Shown here piece by piece: positions 1 to 9,763 of a stretch of 32,385 nt of DNA. The translations under genes were made by a program, and so were the position numbers. Below the pieces are notes generated by a model. The model was not told the DNA's origin. It saw only the letters and a list, made by a program, of their open reading frames with translations, and made no database searches. Numbering within the stretch: position 1 is the stretch's first letter; every line of letters begins with the position of its first letter. This DNA is from Chrysochromulina tobinii (Eukaryota), in assembly GCA_001275005.1 (NCBI GenBank), contig JWZX01002813.1, positions 1-32,385 on the forward strand, in the 5' to 3' direction.

Positions 1-535
1 GGGCCCGCGCTTCGCGCAGGAGCCGGGGGCCGCCGGCGCCGCGCTGCGCTGCGCTTTCGCGGCGCTCGGGGCCGGCGTCGGATGTTCGTCGGCGACTCGC
101 GGCTCTCGCGGGCGGCGGCGCGACGCCGCCCCGCCCCGGCCGGGCCCGACACGCTCATTCTCGCTCCGCGACACGGGCCGGGCGGACACGCGACTTTCGC
201 TCGCTAAATCACGCACCAACCAAACGTGTCCGGCCACGACCCACGACCCGCGCCGCGTCCGGCGGCCGCGCACAACCATGCAGATCATGCGGCCATGGAT
301 GCATGCGGCACAAATTACAAACCGAACCACAAGCCGGCCGAGGACGCAATCTCCGGCATCCCGTGTACCTCCTCGTGTAGCATACGCGGCCTGTTCACTT
401 GGCCGCGGGGTGCATCATGTGCATGCCGCTCTCGCCCGGCCGTTGCACCTTTGAGCACGGCGCGTCGCGAGAACAACTGCCCGATTGGCAACTGCCCGAT
501 TGGCCCGTCGCCACCTGCCGAGAGGGGAGAGCTTT

Positions 536-1528
536 TCAGAGCGCCCGGAGCGCGGCAATAGCGAGCGCAATGTCTTTTATGAGGGCCACCGGCCCGGCTG
601 CGTCACGCAGATTCGCGTCGGAGAGCTGCGCGGTCGCCTCGCTCAGCCGGCTGCTCAGTACCGCCACCGCCTGCTGGACGTGAATCCGCTGCACCGGTGC
701 GCCTACGCCCCCGATCGCTGCGGCCGGCTGCAGAGCGTTCGGCGGCGCGCGCGGGGAGAAGCCCGCGTACGCGTTCGCATCGGCAGCGGCAAGGAGCGCA
801 GACGCCACGGCGCCCGAACCGCTTGGGAGCGGCGACTGTGGCGGCATGGCCCGCGGCGGCGGCGCGGAGCCCTGAGGCACAGGCCGCGCCGAATAGTTGG
901 TCGAGACGAAGCCCGAGTTCGGAGCGACAGCTGGCGTGTACGACTTGTATGGTTGCGGCGCGGACGGCGTGTACGCGGCGGGCTGGTACGGGAAGGAGGC
1001 CGGGGGTGCCGGGGTGCCAATCGTGGAGCCTGACATGCTTTCGAGGAGTTGGCCGCCAGTGCGCTCGTACCACTTACCGGTGCCTACTGAGAGGATGCGC
1101 CCGTGCTGGTCCTGCACGAGCGGCACCGACGTGACTGGGCATGACTCAGAGAGCAGCGTGTACCCCTCGAGCAGCTTGGCCGCCACGCGCGAGGAGAGCG
1201 ACTGGCCACCCTCCGTCGTGTCTGCACGCTGCGGCGAGTGATGGCTCACGCTAACCGATCCAAGTGGCGCATTGGTCGCTCCGCTGCGATACATCGATGC
1301 CGACTTGGGTGGTGAGCTCGGAGGAGGGAGCGCGTGCGAGGAGATCTTGACCAGCTCGCCGCCGTCCCGCACGTAGTAGCAGCCATTGCCAACAGAATAC
1401 ATGCGCCCATCGGCAGTGGACACAAGCGGCACATTGGTCTCCGGGCACGACTCGGAAAGCAGCTTGCAACCTTCCAACAGCTTCTGGCTGAGCTCGTTGA
1501 CATTTTTGTTGATGCGCTCTTGCTCCAT
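536..1528 (-). CDS. SSSCA1/ZNRD2-like protein with two degenerate Auto_anti-p27 repeats and a C-terminal helical domain
   Basis: Two copies of KLLEGx(K/T)LLSESCPxTxVPLV...G(R)xxSVG resemble the Auto_anti-p27 motif LLxGxxMLxxxCPxCxxPL. The C-terminus (VAVLSSRLSEATAQL...LIKDIALAIAALRAL) resembles the SSSCA1 C-terminal helices. Confidence 0.75.
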   Translation of the reverse strand: MEQERINKNVNELSQKLLEGCKLLSESCPETNVPLVSTADGRMYSVGNGCYYVRDGGELVKISSHALPPPSSPPKSASMYRSGATNAPLGSVSVSHHSPQRADTTEGGQSLSSRVAAKLLEGYTLLSESCPVTSVPLVQDQHGRILSVGTGKWYERTGGQLLESMSGSTIGTPAPPASFPYQPAAYTPSAPQPYKSYTPAVAPNSGFVSTNYSARPVPQGSAPPPRAMPPQSPLPSGSGAVASALLAAADANAYAGFSPRAPPNALQPAAAIGGVGAPVQRIHVQQAVAVLSSRLSEATAQLSDANLRDAAGPVALIKDIALAIAALRAL

Positions 1529-1922
1529 AGTGGTTCCAGCACAAGAGTGGTGCGCAGACTATCGATTCAGCGCACTCGTGCTGGAAGGTGTGGCCGCACT
1601 TTGAGTGAGAGAGTTCTCACCTGTCGCCCGCGTTGTGTTGGGCGGATGCTCAGACCGACCCCCCCAGGACCTGGTCATGTACTAAAGACTATTCGATGTG
1701 GAGACGGATGTTAGAGTTTGGAGAGATGTTCGGTCTCTCGAGAACAATCAATGCGCATCGGTCGAGCGTCACCACAAAGGTCGTCGTCTTCATCGGACAT
1801 CATGGCCAGTTGGCCAGTGACCACAGCCATGCAGCATGCACGCACGTGCCATCTGCGCAGCCACTCACGCGCGGGAGACCTGGACGCCGGAGAGGGCGGC
1901 GCATCTCTACGCCGTGGCGCTC

Positions 1923-2971
1923 TCACATCGCCTTCGCCTTCGCCAGATCCTTCTGGCGCTGGTCCCATGCGTCTTGGCCGAGTCGCCAGAGCACGGAGAA
2001 GAGGATGCCCTGGAAGCCGTTGGATATGATCTTCGTCACCAGTCCACGGAAGAGGAGGCCCGACACGCCATCCTTGGCGATCACCATCGAGACAGCCTCG
2101 CCGTACCCGATCGGGGTCGTGCTCGACTGGACCGTCGTCTTGAGCACGCGCACCGAGTTCGAGATCGTGTCAGAGACGGCGCTGCTGCAGAAGCCCACGA
2201 CGGCGTTGCGCGCGAGATACATGGGCAACTCCTTCTTGCGATCATACTTGGGCAGGTAGTCGTTGAGTACGTTGTTGGTGAGGAACCACGGGTAGTGGCC
2301 CACAAAGGTGGCCGACATGGCGCCAATCGAGCCGTGCCAGAGCACAAAGATGCCGTTCGTCCTGATCTTGGCGCCGAGCTTGGCCAGGCCGGTCGAGCCC
2401 TCGACCTGCATGATCGTCTTCATCGCGTCAATAGGCATCAGGAAGACGCGAAACCCCGCAGCTGCCGCCGAGGCGGTGACCGTCTTGGCCGCGGCGGGCG
2501 CATTCTTGGTGACCTCGTACGAATCCCAGATGGCGAGCATGCCCGCGTTCGCGGCCGTGTCGCCCTGCGAAGCACGAGAGGCGACATCAAGCCACCCGGT
2601 GAGTACACAGGAGTTGCAGCTGCGGGCTGTGGCGGTTCGGCATCGCCTGTGTCACTTACGAAGCGCGAGAGCGGGCCCTGGAAGAGCGCTGGGCCGAGGC
2701 CCGCGTAGAAGCGGGGAATACCACCTTCCTTGTACAGGTGCCTGAGGGCTTCCATGGTGCCCATGCCGTACCGATACTGGAAGTTGACCGTGGTGCGCAT
2801 CCACATGAGTGTGCCGACGTTGATGAACATTGCCCCCGCGCCGGCGATACCGCCGCCGGCCGCCTGCCAGGCTGCCTTCTTCAGCGTAACCATCAGTGGC
2901 TGCTGCTCAGCAGGCGCGGGCACGAGCATCGTGCGCTGGAGCGAATGTAGGTGCTGCAAAGGCACTGCCAT
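1923..2971 (-). CDS. Mitochondrial carrier (SLC25) family protein; 2 exons (2971-2660, 2564-1923), 317 aa
   Basis: Carrier motifs PIDAMKTIMQ, LYKEGGIPRFYAGL, IAKDGVSGLLFRGL. Splicing joins GPLSRF|GDTAANAGMLA in frame. Confidence 0.92.
2565..2659 (-). other. Spliceosomal intron (95 nt) in the mitochondrial carrier gene
   Basis: Minus strand GTAAGT...GCAG; removal fuses two ORF frames into one continuous carrier sequence. Confidence 0.9.
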
Positions 2972-3363
2972 TTGGACTGCGAGAGCGACTCAACAGTCTG
3001 CTGCGTCACGGAGAGAGTCGAGCGCGAGCTGCGCCCTCACGTTGCGGTTGTGGCGCGGGCACGCTGGAAACGAAGAGCGCAAGGGGTGTGCTCTAGATGC
3101 CGCGTGCATGGATGCGCACCTGTGCTGATGAAGTGTGCCCTTCTTCGCTCGTCAAAAGAAGAGTCATTTTGTGGTCGATCCGGAACTTTTTAGTGGCACT
3201 GCCATGAAAAGCAATTATGGGTCCACATAGAGTCGACGCCGAAGCGGATATTCGTTGTTTCGACACTTGCCGAGTGTGCGAGCCTCGCCCTCCCCGCGCG
3301 CGTTCTCATCGAGCGCGCGTCTCCGATTGCAGCCGCGGCAGCATATCGCAGGAATCGACCTGA

Positions 3364-3969
3364 ATGGCGGACGCGAGTAGGCCTCTGCCCAGCACAGCAC
3401 TGACGACGCTGCGTCGGATGCTCAACTCGACCGACAAAAATGCCACAACGTTTGGTGAGCTCCGCGCTGCGCTGGGCGCAAAGTTGGGCGTCGCGGTGCC
3501 ACGCTGGTGGCTCAAGGCTGCGCTGCCCGAGGCAGCAAACACCCCTATAGATGCTCCATACACGGCGGCGCGGCTCGCCAAGGACGCACACCTCGTGGCG
3601 TCCATGTACGAGCCTCGCAGCAGTAAGCGGAGGCGGGCATCCCTGCCGATCGACAGCCAGTCAGTGCCCAATGACGCGACGACGCAACCTTCTGCTCGCA
3701 CATGTACGCCCGAGGTTGGAAGTCTGCTGCGGCACACCTTGGCGTCGTTCCCGTCGCAGCATGGCGCTACACTATCCGAGTTGTGTGCGGCACTTAAGCC
3801 GACGCTGGGGCGCGTCGACCGTGCAGAGATGAAACTAGCACTGCGGGATTGCGCCGAGATCAAAAGGACTCGCCGAGCAGGCGAAGGTGGCGTTGGCGTA
3901 TGGTGTTACATGTTGCGTTTGCGCGCTCCGTCGACAATGGCGGCGGCAGTAGTGACCAACGTCACTTGA
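3364..3969 (+). CDS. Hypothetical protein (201 aa), possibly two small helical/winged-helix-like repeats
   Basis: ATG-initiated ORF divergent from the carrier gene. Internal similarity TLRRML...ATTFGELRAAL vs LLRHTL...ATLSELCAAL; basic KRRR stretch between them. Confidence 0.5.
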   Translation: MADASRPLPSTALTTLRRMLNSTDKNATTFGELRAALGAKLGVAVPRWWLKAALPEAANTPIDAPYTAARLAKDAHLVASMYEPRSSKRRRASLPIDSQSVPNDATTQPSARTCTPEVGSLLRHTLASFPSQHGATLSELCAALKPTLGRVDRAEMKLALRDCAEIKRTRRAGEGGVGVWCYMLRLRAPSTMAAAVVTNVT

Positions 3970-4516
3970 AAGCACGGCCGAGCAGGAGCACGTGTCGTTC
4001 ACCGGCACGTAATATTCGAAATATCGATAAAAACATAAAATTATTCGTTAACGGGCCGTAAACGGGTCTTGGGACGGCCCGCCCCCGCCGCATAATCGGC
4101 AGACGCGCTGAAGCTTCCAACTATGCGAGCTGCACGGCACCTTCCGAACTACGTATTTCCGAACGGAACCTGCACGACATAACCTCGACGCCGCGTCCCG
4201 ACACACGCCGACACGCGCTCGTGCATGCCTTAACATTTCGTCGGCGGTCGATCGCCCGTTCTCGAAACGGCCGCACGGCTTCGCTCATGCACTACTTACT
4301 AGATGACTTCACGACTGACGACACTCCAGGGGCTGCTGGGGGCCATGGATCCTGCTCATGATAGTCGAGAGTGTCCTGGGTTCGAACCATGCAGTTGCAT
4401 CTCCCTCCAGTCCCATCTCTTGGCCATGATCGCCGTGCACAATTAGAGTCCGTTTTCAGCAGTCCGAGCAGTCCGGAGGCACGTACGCTGCTCCTACCGG
4501 AGTGATCGGGCAGTCT

Positions 4517-5026
4517 CTACTGGCGGCGATACTGCAGGTGCCATTGGCAGCAGGCTCGCCCATCCTGGTCTTGCCCTTGCCCGCTGCTGCCACTCGGGGC
4601 GCCTGCCCCGAGGCCTCTGCTGCCCATTCTTCCGGCACTAGCGCCGGCAACGGCGATGGTGCGGATGCCGCCGTTGGCACCACCGCGGCCGCCAGCGCCG
4701 TTGCCCCCATTCGAGCTGCTGTCGCTCGACTCGCCTAGCTCTGCATGCACGATCCAGTCGATTTGGACCTCGAGGCTGCTGTGCGCGGTGGCGGTGGCGG
4801 CCTGGCGCGCGAGCGCCACGTCAAAGCCCATCGCAAGCAAAGCGGCTTCGGTGTGCGAGAATTCCGCGCCTGCCGTTCCTGCCGTGCCTGCCGTGCCTGC
4901 CGTGCCTGCCGAGCCTGCCGTGCCTGCTGTGCCCGAAGCGCCTTCCGCGCCTGCCGCAACACACGAAGCCGACGTGAAGGGCTTGGCGTGTGGGTTGAGT
5001 ACGAAGCCACTGGCAACGGCGCAGGG
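4517..5026 (-). pseudogene. Detached 3' part of the ankyrin-repeat gene (PAM2 motif + UBA domain), cut off by the transposon
   Basis: Reads PCAVASGFVLNPHAKPFT...(GTA)n...EAALLAMGFDVALARQAATATAHSSLEVQIDWIVHAE..., in frame with the 12355-9764 ORF once the element and one TSD copy are removed. Confidence 0.88.
4868..4931 (+). repeat. 9-bp tandem repeat (GCCTGCCGT, ~7 imperfect copies) encoding a Gly-Thr-Ala linker on the minus strand
   Basis: gcctgccgt-tcctgccgt-gcctgccgt-gcctgccgt-gcctgccga-gcctgccgt-gcctgctgt. Confidence 0.85.
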
Positions 5027-5035
5027 CTTCGAGGT
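5027..5035. repeat. Left target-site duplication CTTCGAGGT
   Basis: An identical 9-mer at 9764-9772 directly abuts the other terminus. Confidence 0.95.
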
Positions 5036-5143
5036 TACGGCTGCCTATTTGCCATAAACACTGTGTGACAGAGAACAGCTCTTGGCGTGACCTAAAAAAT
5101 TATCGAACGATTGGGTTGGAATCTAGATTTTTTTCTCTGTACC
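5036..5143 (+). repeat. Left terminal inverted repeat (~108 bp)
   Basis: TACGGCTGCCTATTTGCCATAAACACTGTGTGACAGAGAACAGCTCTTGGCGTGAC...CTAGATTTTTTTCTCTGTACC aligns to the reverse complement of 9655-9763. Confidence 0.95.
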
Positions 5144-5254
5144 ATGAGCTAACGAGAGTGGGGTTGTTCCTATGTAAGTTTTTAATACTTAGGCGATAAG
5201 ACGAAAGAGTATCGTTTTCGGCGGCTTTTTCCATGGCCGTCCTTGGCACTTTTT

Positions 5255-7450
5255 ATGGCTGACGGACGCAAGCGGCCGTGGAAGCCCGTGAAGCGCCGCT
5301 CGGCGTCCACTGGCAGCGGCGGCGACGTCGCCGACGAGGGTATCGAACTGGTCGACCTAAGAGCCGTCCACGACGAGCTCGTCGATGAGCGGCGACTTTT
5401 GATGCAGCCGCTGCAGAGTGAGGGCCTCTACAACATGCACGAGGCCGATGAGAAGGCTCGACTTGCGCGCGACTTGTGGAAGGGCGATTTTTCGGCATCG
5501 ATGCTCCTGCTGCGCGATCAGAACCCGCAGCTCGTCGAGGTGCTGCGGGCAAAGCTGGCCAACTCGTCGGATGCGACACGTTCAAGGGTGGCAGCTGTGG
5601 AGCGGTACATTGACGGTGTGCTGCTCGACTTATGCAGGGCGCAGAACATGTTCAAGATCCCGCTGCTCACCGCGGCTACGAGTCTGATGTGCGAGGTTAA
5701 CAAGACCGCGCGCGAGTACCACGACACTATCTCCGCGTTCCATCTCGGCGCGGCGTGCTCGGAGCGTTGGGTTGACGAGTTCCTGACCCTCGCGAACGCT
5801 TGCCGGCCGGCTCCGACCGAGGCGATGCTCCCGGGCGTGATGGCGTGCTGCTTCGACAACCTGTCGATGAAGATCGACTACAGCTCGTACTCAACCGAGG
5901 GCGAGACAGGCCGTCTGCTCGACATGACCAACTGGTTTTCGACGCAGCTGCCGGCGCACCTCGCGCCAAACTTCGACGCGGCGGCGATCTGTGCGCGCCG
6001 CGCCGCCCCCCCGCATCCCTGACCTGCTACTGATGACATGCGTGTGTGTGCCGGCATCGTGGCAGTTCATGATGGTCCCTTCGCACGCCTCTCGCTCCGC
6101 GACTTTGGCAGTTTATTTTATTCGGATAATCCAGATATTGTTGCGAATAAGACAGCGCGATGGATTCGGTTTTTGAATGCTGAACGCAATGGGCGCTTAC
6201 TTGATCGCCCTGCGTATGTGGCAGAGTGGCAACCACACAAGGTTTATCATGAACCTATGTACGGTGTGCTCCAATCATCGTACCAAGACGTGGAATTAGA
6301 GCTCCGAGTCATGTGTGGTCGACCGGCCGTGTGTGGCACCCCTCCGGCCCCTTATACGGACCATGACCCAGACTACCCAACCAAATTCAGATCGTGCAAG
6401 ATAATGTTTGTGGCTGGAGATGGACTGGCACTGATGCGACTCAACCACTTACTGGCAAACAAGCCTGATGTGTATATTGACCAGACCCCGTTGATTATTC
6501 CTATTCAGGGTGAGCATCCACATGGGCTTTTTCATGTCATGCATTGCGAGTGGCGCCTGCACCGCCAATTTATAATGTGGTGCGCTGGCGAGGTGAACAA
6601 CCAGCAGGTGATCGATGACCCAAATGTTTCCGTCTTCAATGAGCATCGATTTTTTTACCTCCATGTGCTTACCCGTGCGTGTGCACAATATATTATATTC
6701 ATCTCGAAGACCGCGGGGGCGGAGACTCTTGATGAGCCGATTGCTTTTTTGGCCAAGTCAGAGGCCAACATTGATTTTGCATGGGTTTGTCATTTCTTAT
6801 ACGATGCAGGGTTTTTCGTGCTCGATTTTTTGCAGTCAGTCCGTGCAAATCGCAGTCATACGCTTGATTTACTCTGGCGGGAATTCTTTGCGTCTGCGCA
6901 CAGTGGCACAGCCAATAAAACGCAGTATGTGCCTATGTCAATCATGCGAGTATTTTGGGGTATGGCCCTCACCCCTGAGCTCAGCAAGCTGTACCATAGA
7001 ATCCGTACTTTGCCCGGTGGTTTGGGGGCGGTCGGGTGGGATATGGCAGTGGAGATGCTCAATGCAGCGATCAAGGCACACGTCGCACACAGAGTCAGCG
7101 AGGCTCAGATCAATAGGTTCATTCGTAGCTGGGCACTCTTGGAATGTGTGCAGAAGAAGATGCGCGAATTCATCTATCCCGGGCGGAGTGCGCGCCAAGT
7201 TCCAAATTTGGCAGATGCGAACAGGGATGTTGCGCGCCTTGTTGAGCGCTTCAAGGCTGTCATTGGTACTACCTGGGCTCAAGCTGTGCGACCGAATCAG
7301 ACCAGCCATGTCACCACTGGAGCTCAGCGCCTCATGGTACCATGGCGCGAGGTCGCAGCTGTCATGAACCGGACGGGCGCGGAGGCTCCTGCAACGTACG
7401 TGCGCAACCATGTGACCCCCCTCACTCCCTTTTTTACCTGGGACCCATGA
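5255..7450 (+). CDS. Putative DDE transposase (DUF6589/Academ-type); 2 exons (5255-5990, 6066-7450), ~706 aa
   Basis: Lies inside the TIRs. Motifs CCFDNL (Asp 5855-5857), FVAGDGL (Asp 6419-6421), GLFHVMH (His 6533-6535), GTANKTQY and GWDMAVEMLNAAIK (Glu 7052-7054) follow the DN / GD / GLFH / DxxxExxN pattern I recognise for DUF6589/Academ transposases. Confidence 0.82.
5991..6065 (+). other. Intron (75 nt) in the transposase gene
   Basis: GTGCGC donor, CTGAC/CTGAT branch-like motifs, GGCAG acceptor. Phase-1 join T|TT gives AAIF-HDGPF and links ORFs 5243-6022 and 6038-7450. Confidence 0.85.
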
Positions 7451-7732
7451 GTAGAGTTCCGATTATCGGAGATTATAATAGATCCCATCCTTTAAATATA
7501 TTTTTTGTATAAGTCGCTTCCCAGTGCACAAGGGAGGTACCGCAAGACGGAGAAACGCAAACGGAACAACTTAATTATATTTACGGGCGGCCGGCGGCGT
7601 CTGTGCTGCTCCCCAGAGTATTACTAGAGTATTACTGAGGTGAGTGTGGATAAGATGTGGATAAGATTGTGGAAAGAGGGATAGGGTGGTGTTAATAAAC
7701 ACCGGGGTAAAATGAGTAAAACCGAAGTATGA

Positions 7733-9554
7733 TCAGTGGCACTCGAAAAATAGATCGAGTGCCACTGGTGTCGCCGCCGCCCCTGCACCGGGCGTCATCT
7801 CGGCTGCGCCTGCGCTCGTCGTGCGCACACCCTCAGCGCGCTTGAGCATGAGCAAGCCCGCCTGCATCTTGGCTTGGAGGACCGCGATCTGGATGTCCTT
7901 ATCCGTTGAGGCCTTGAGCTCCTGGTACTTCTGCTCGACCTCGTTGGCCTTTTTTTCCGCGGCAGCCGCTTTCGCCTCCGCGGCAGCCTTGTCCTTCGTG
8001 AGCGCGTCGACCTTGGCCTTGAGCGTGGGGTGCTCCTGGATCATGCGCACCTGCTCTGGCGTCAGCTTCACACCTGCCAACACGCCAGGCAACCACACAC
8101 GAGGCACGCACGCTGGATGAGGAATCAATTCGGGAATATAAATATTCCGTCGGATGTGGGCATGGCGCGCAGGAGCACACCGTCAACCTTGGGCTTCTTG
8201 TTCGGGTCGACCGGTGCCGCTGCGCCTGGCAGCTGGTCCGGCTTGCGCTTGTTGAGCGCCCCTGGCGGGCGCCCACGGCCACCTTTGGCAGGTGGTGGTG
8301 GTGGTGGTGGTGGCTCGCCGCCTGGCGCGGCTGCAGGCGCGGCGGCCGTCGCCGCGGCGCCAGGTGGTGGTGGCTCGCCTGGCGCGGCTGCAGGCGCGGC
8401 GGCCGTCGCCGCGGCGCCAGGCGCGGCGACCGCCGCGGCAGCGGGTGCGGGGCGGCGCAGCCTCCCGTTGCCTGCAGCCGCCGCAGCGGCAGCAGCAGCA
8501 TCGGCGTCATCAGTGCGCGCGCGCGTCAGGAGCTCGCGCACGGGTGTGATCTTCGTGATGGCGTGCTCGCCCGAGCCAAGATCAGCCACAGCCGCCTCGA
8601 GCGCCGCCATCAGCAGCGGCGCAAACTCATCAGTCCTGCCAGCATGTGCGCGACGAAGCGAAGTGAGAATAAAATCGGAATATATTTCGGAGGCAATCAT
8701 GCGCGCGTGTGCGGCTCTCTCGCACGTGCGTGGGGATGGGCGGGCGCACACCGGAGCTCCTCCATCACCTTCGCCACCATCTCGGCCGTGGGCTTGCCTG
8801 TCGAGAGGTCAACGGGCACCTCGATGATGCGCTCGCGCAGCGGCTCGCCGTAGAAATTATTCACGCTGAGCATCGCCTTGGTCACGAGCGCCCAGCGCGC
8901 ACCTGCCTGTGTGCCGCCGGCGGCCGACTCGCCTGCATCTCGTGCGCGCGCCCCGCGCCCCGCCGCCGTCACTCGCTCGGCCTTCTCCATCTCGAGGAGG
9001 ACCTTCTTGATGGCCACCTCGTAGCCCTTGTCGACCCACCCCTTCAGGTTCTTGGTGTTTCGGATGCCAAGAACCTTGAACATGCCGAGGTGCGAGATCA
9101 GCACGTCCGCGTAGTCGCGTAGCTTGTCGGTCTCGGTGTCGACGAGCACCGAGAGCGACTCGAGGTTGGGGTCCGGGAACTTGAAGGACTGCAGCCACTT
9201 GTTCTCGTCAAGAAGCGCATTGGCAGCAGGCCGCGACTGCATCATCTCCTTGAGCTTCTCGACCGTCACGCCGTAGAGGTAGGTCGCGCCGGTGTTGGAT
9301 ATCTTGGTGGCGACGATCACCGCGTCGAACTCCTTGAACTTGGCAATGAGCGGCTCGCCCGAAGTGACCGCCACCTCCTTGCCAAAGTGGAAGTAGTGGC
9401 CGGGCACGCCGGCGTTGTAGGTGAGCTTCTGCACAACCGAGGCGACGTTGGCGCAGATAATCGCCGGCTCCTCGAGGTCGTTGGTAATCGCGAGCGGCGC
9501 CGCCTTGTTCGGGATGAGCACGCGGCCGTCGGTGACGAGGTTCAAGGCCGCCAT
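7733..9554 (-). CDS. Transposon ORF2: unknown N-terminal domain, Ala/Pro linker, AT-hook, coiled coil; exons 9554-8752, 8635-8181, 8073-7733 (532 aa; possible extra 66-nt in-frame intron 8907-8972)
   Basis: Two GTGTGC...GGCAG introns (8636-8751, 8074-8180) join three ORFs in frame (EELR|TDEF; KVDG|VKLT). AT-hook-like KGGRGRPPGALNKRK; coiled coil LKAKVDALTKDKAAAEAKAAAAEKKANEVEQKYQELK. Confidence 0.8.
8302..8420. repeat. ~57-60-bp tandem duplication in the ORF2 linker (PGAAATAAAPAAAPG(G)EPPPP x2)
   Basis: GGTGGTGGTGGCTCGCC...TGGCGCGGCTGCAGGCGCGGCGGCCGTCGCCGCGGCGCCAGG occurs twice. Confidence 0.85.
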
Positions 9555-9654
9555 GTACTGGTCTCGTTATACGCGTGACAATGAGCTATTGTTAGGCGGG
9601 ATTGTATAATTCGGGATTAAGACCGCGTCTATGTACTACTTTCCTCATATGTAA

Positions 9655-9763
9655 GGTGTAGAGAAAAAAATCTAGTTTTCAACCCAATCGTCGATATTTT
9701 TTTACTGTCACGCCTAGAGCTGTTCTCTGTCACACAGTGTTTGATGGCAAATCCTCAGCCGTA
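9655..9763 (-). repeat. Right terminal inverted repeat (~109 bp)
   Basis: Reverse complement reads TACGGCTGAGGATTTGCCATCAAACACTGTGTGACAGAGAACAGCTCTAGGCGTGAC...CTAGATTTTTTTCTCTACACC. Confidence 0.95.

Larger units (their letters stand above)
5036..9763 (+). mobile_element. Full-length cut-and-paste DNA transposon, Academ (AcademH-like, DUF6589-type) candidate, 4,728 bp
   Basis: ~108-bp TIRs, 9-bp TSD, TA...TA termini, uninterrupted spliced transposase ORF, and clean in-frame interruption of a host ORF. The superfamily call is less certain than the element itself. Confidence 0.93.

Noticed and set aside
4360..4400. GGTTCGAACC B-box-like motif (tRNA or SINE)
   Set aside because: No convincing cloverleaf, acceptor stem or A-box could be built.
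5059..5065. RSS-heptamer-like CACTGTG/CACAGTG (also 9733-9739), suggesting Transib/RAG or CACTA-type ends
   Set aside because: The motif is ~23 bp inside the TIR, its flanks (AAA/TTT) are inverted rather than duplicated, and the true ends with a 9-bp TSD lie further out. The transposase shows no RAG1 or TnpD motifs that I recognise.
5243..7450. Transposase as a broken pseudogene in two ORFs
   Set aside because: A canonical 75-nt GT-AG intron joins the two ORFs in frame.
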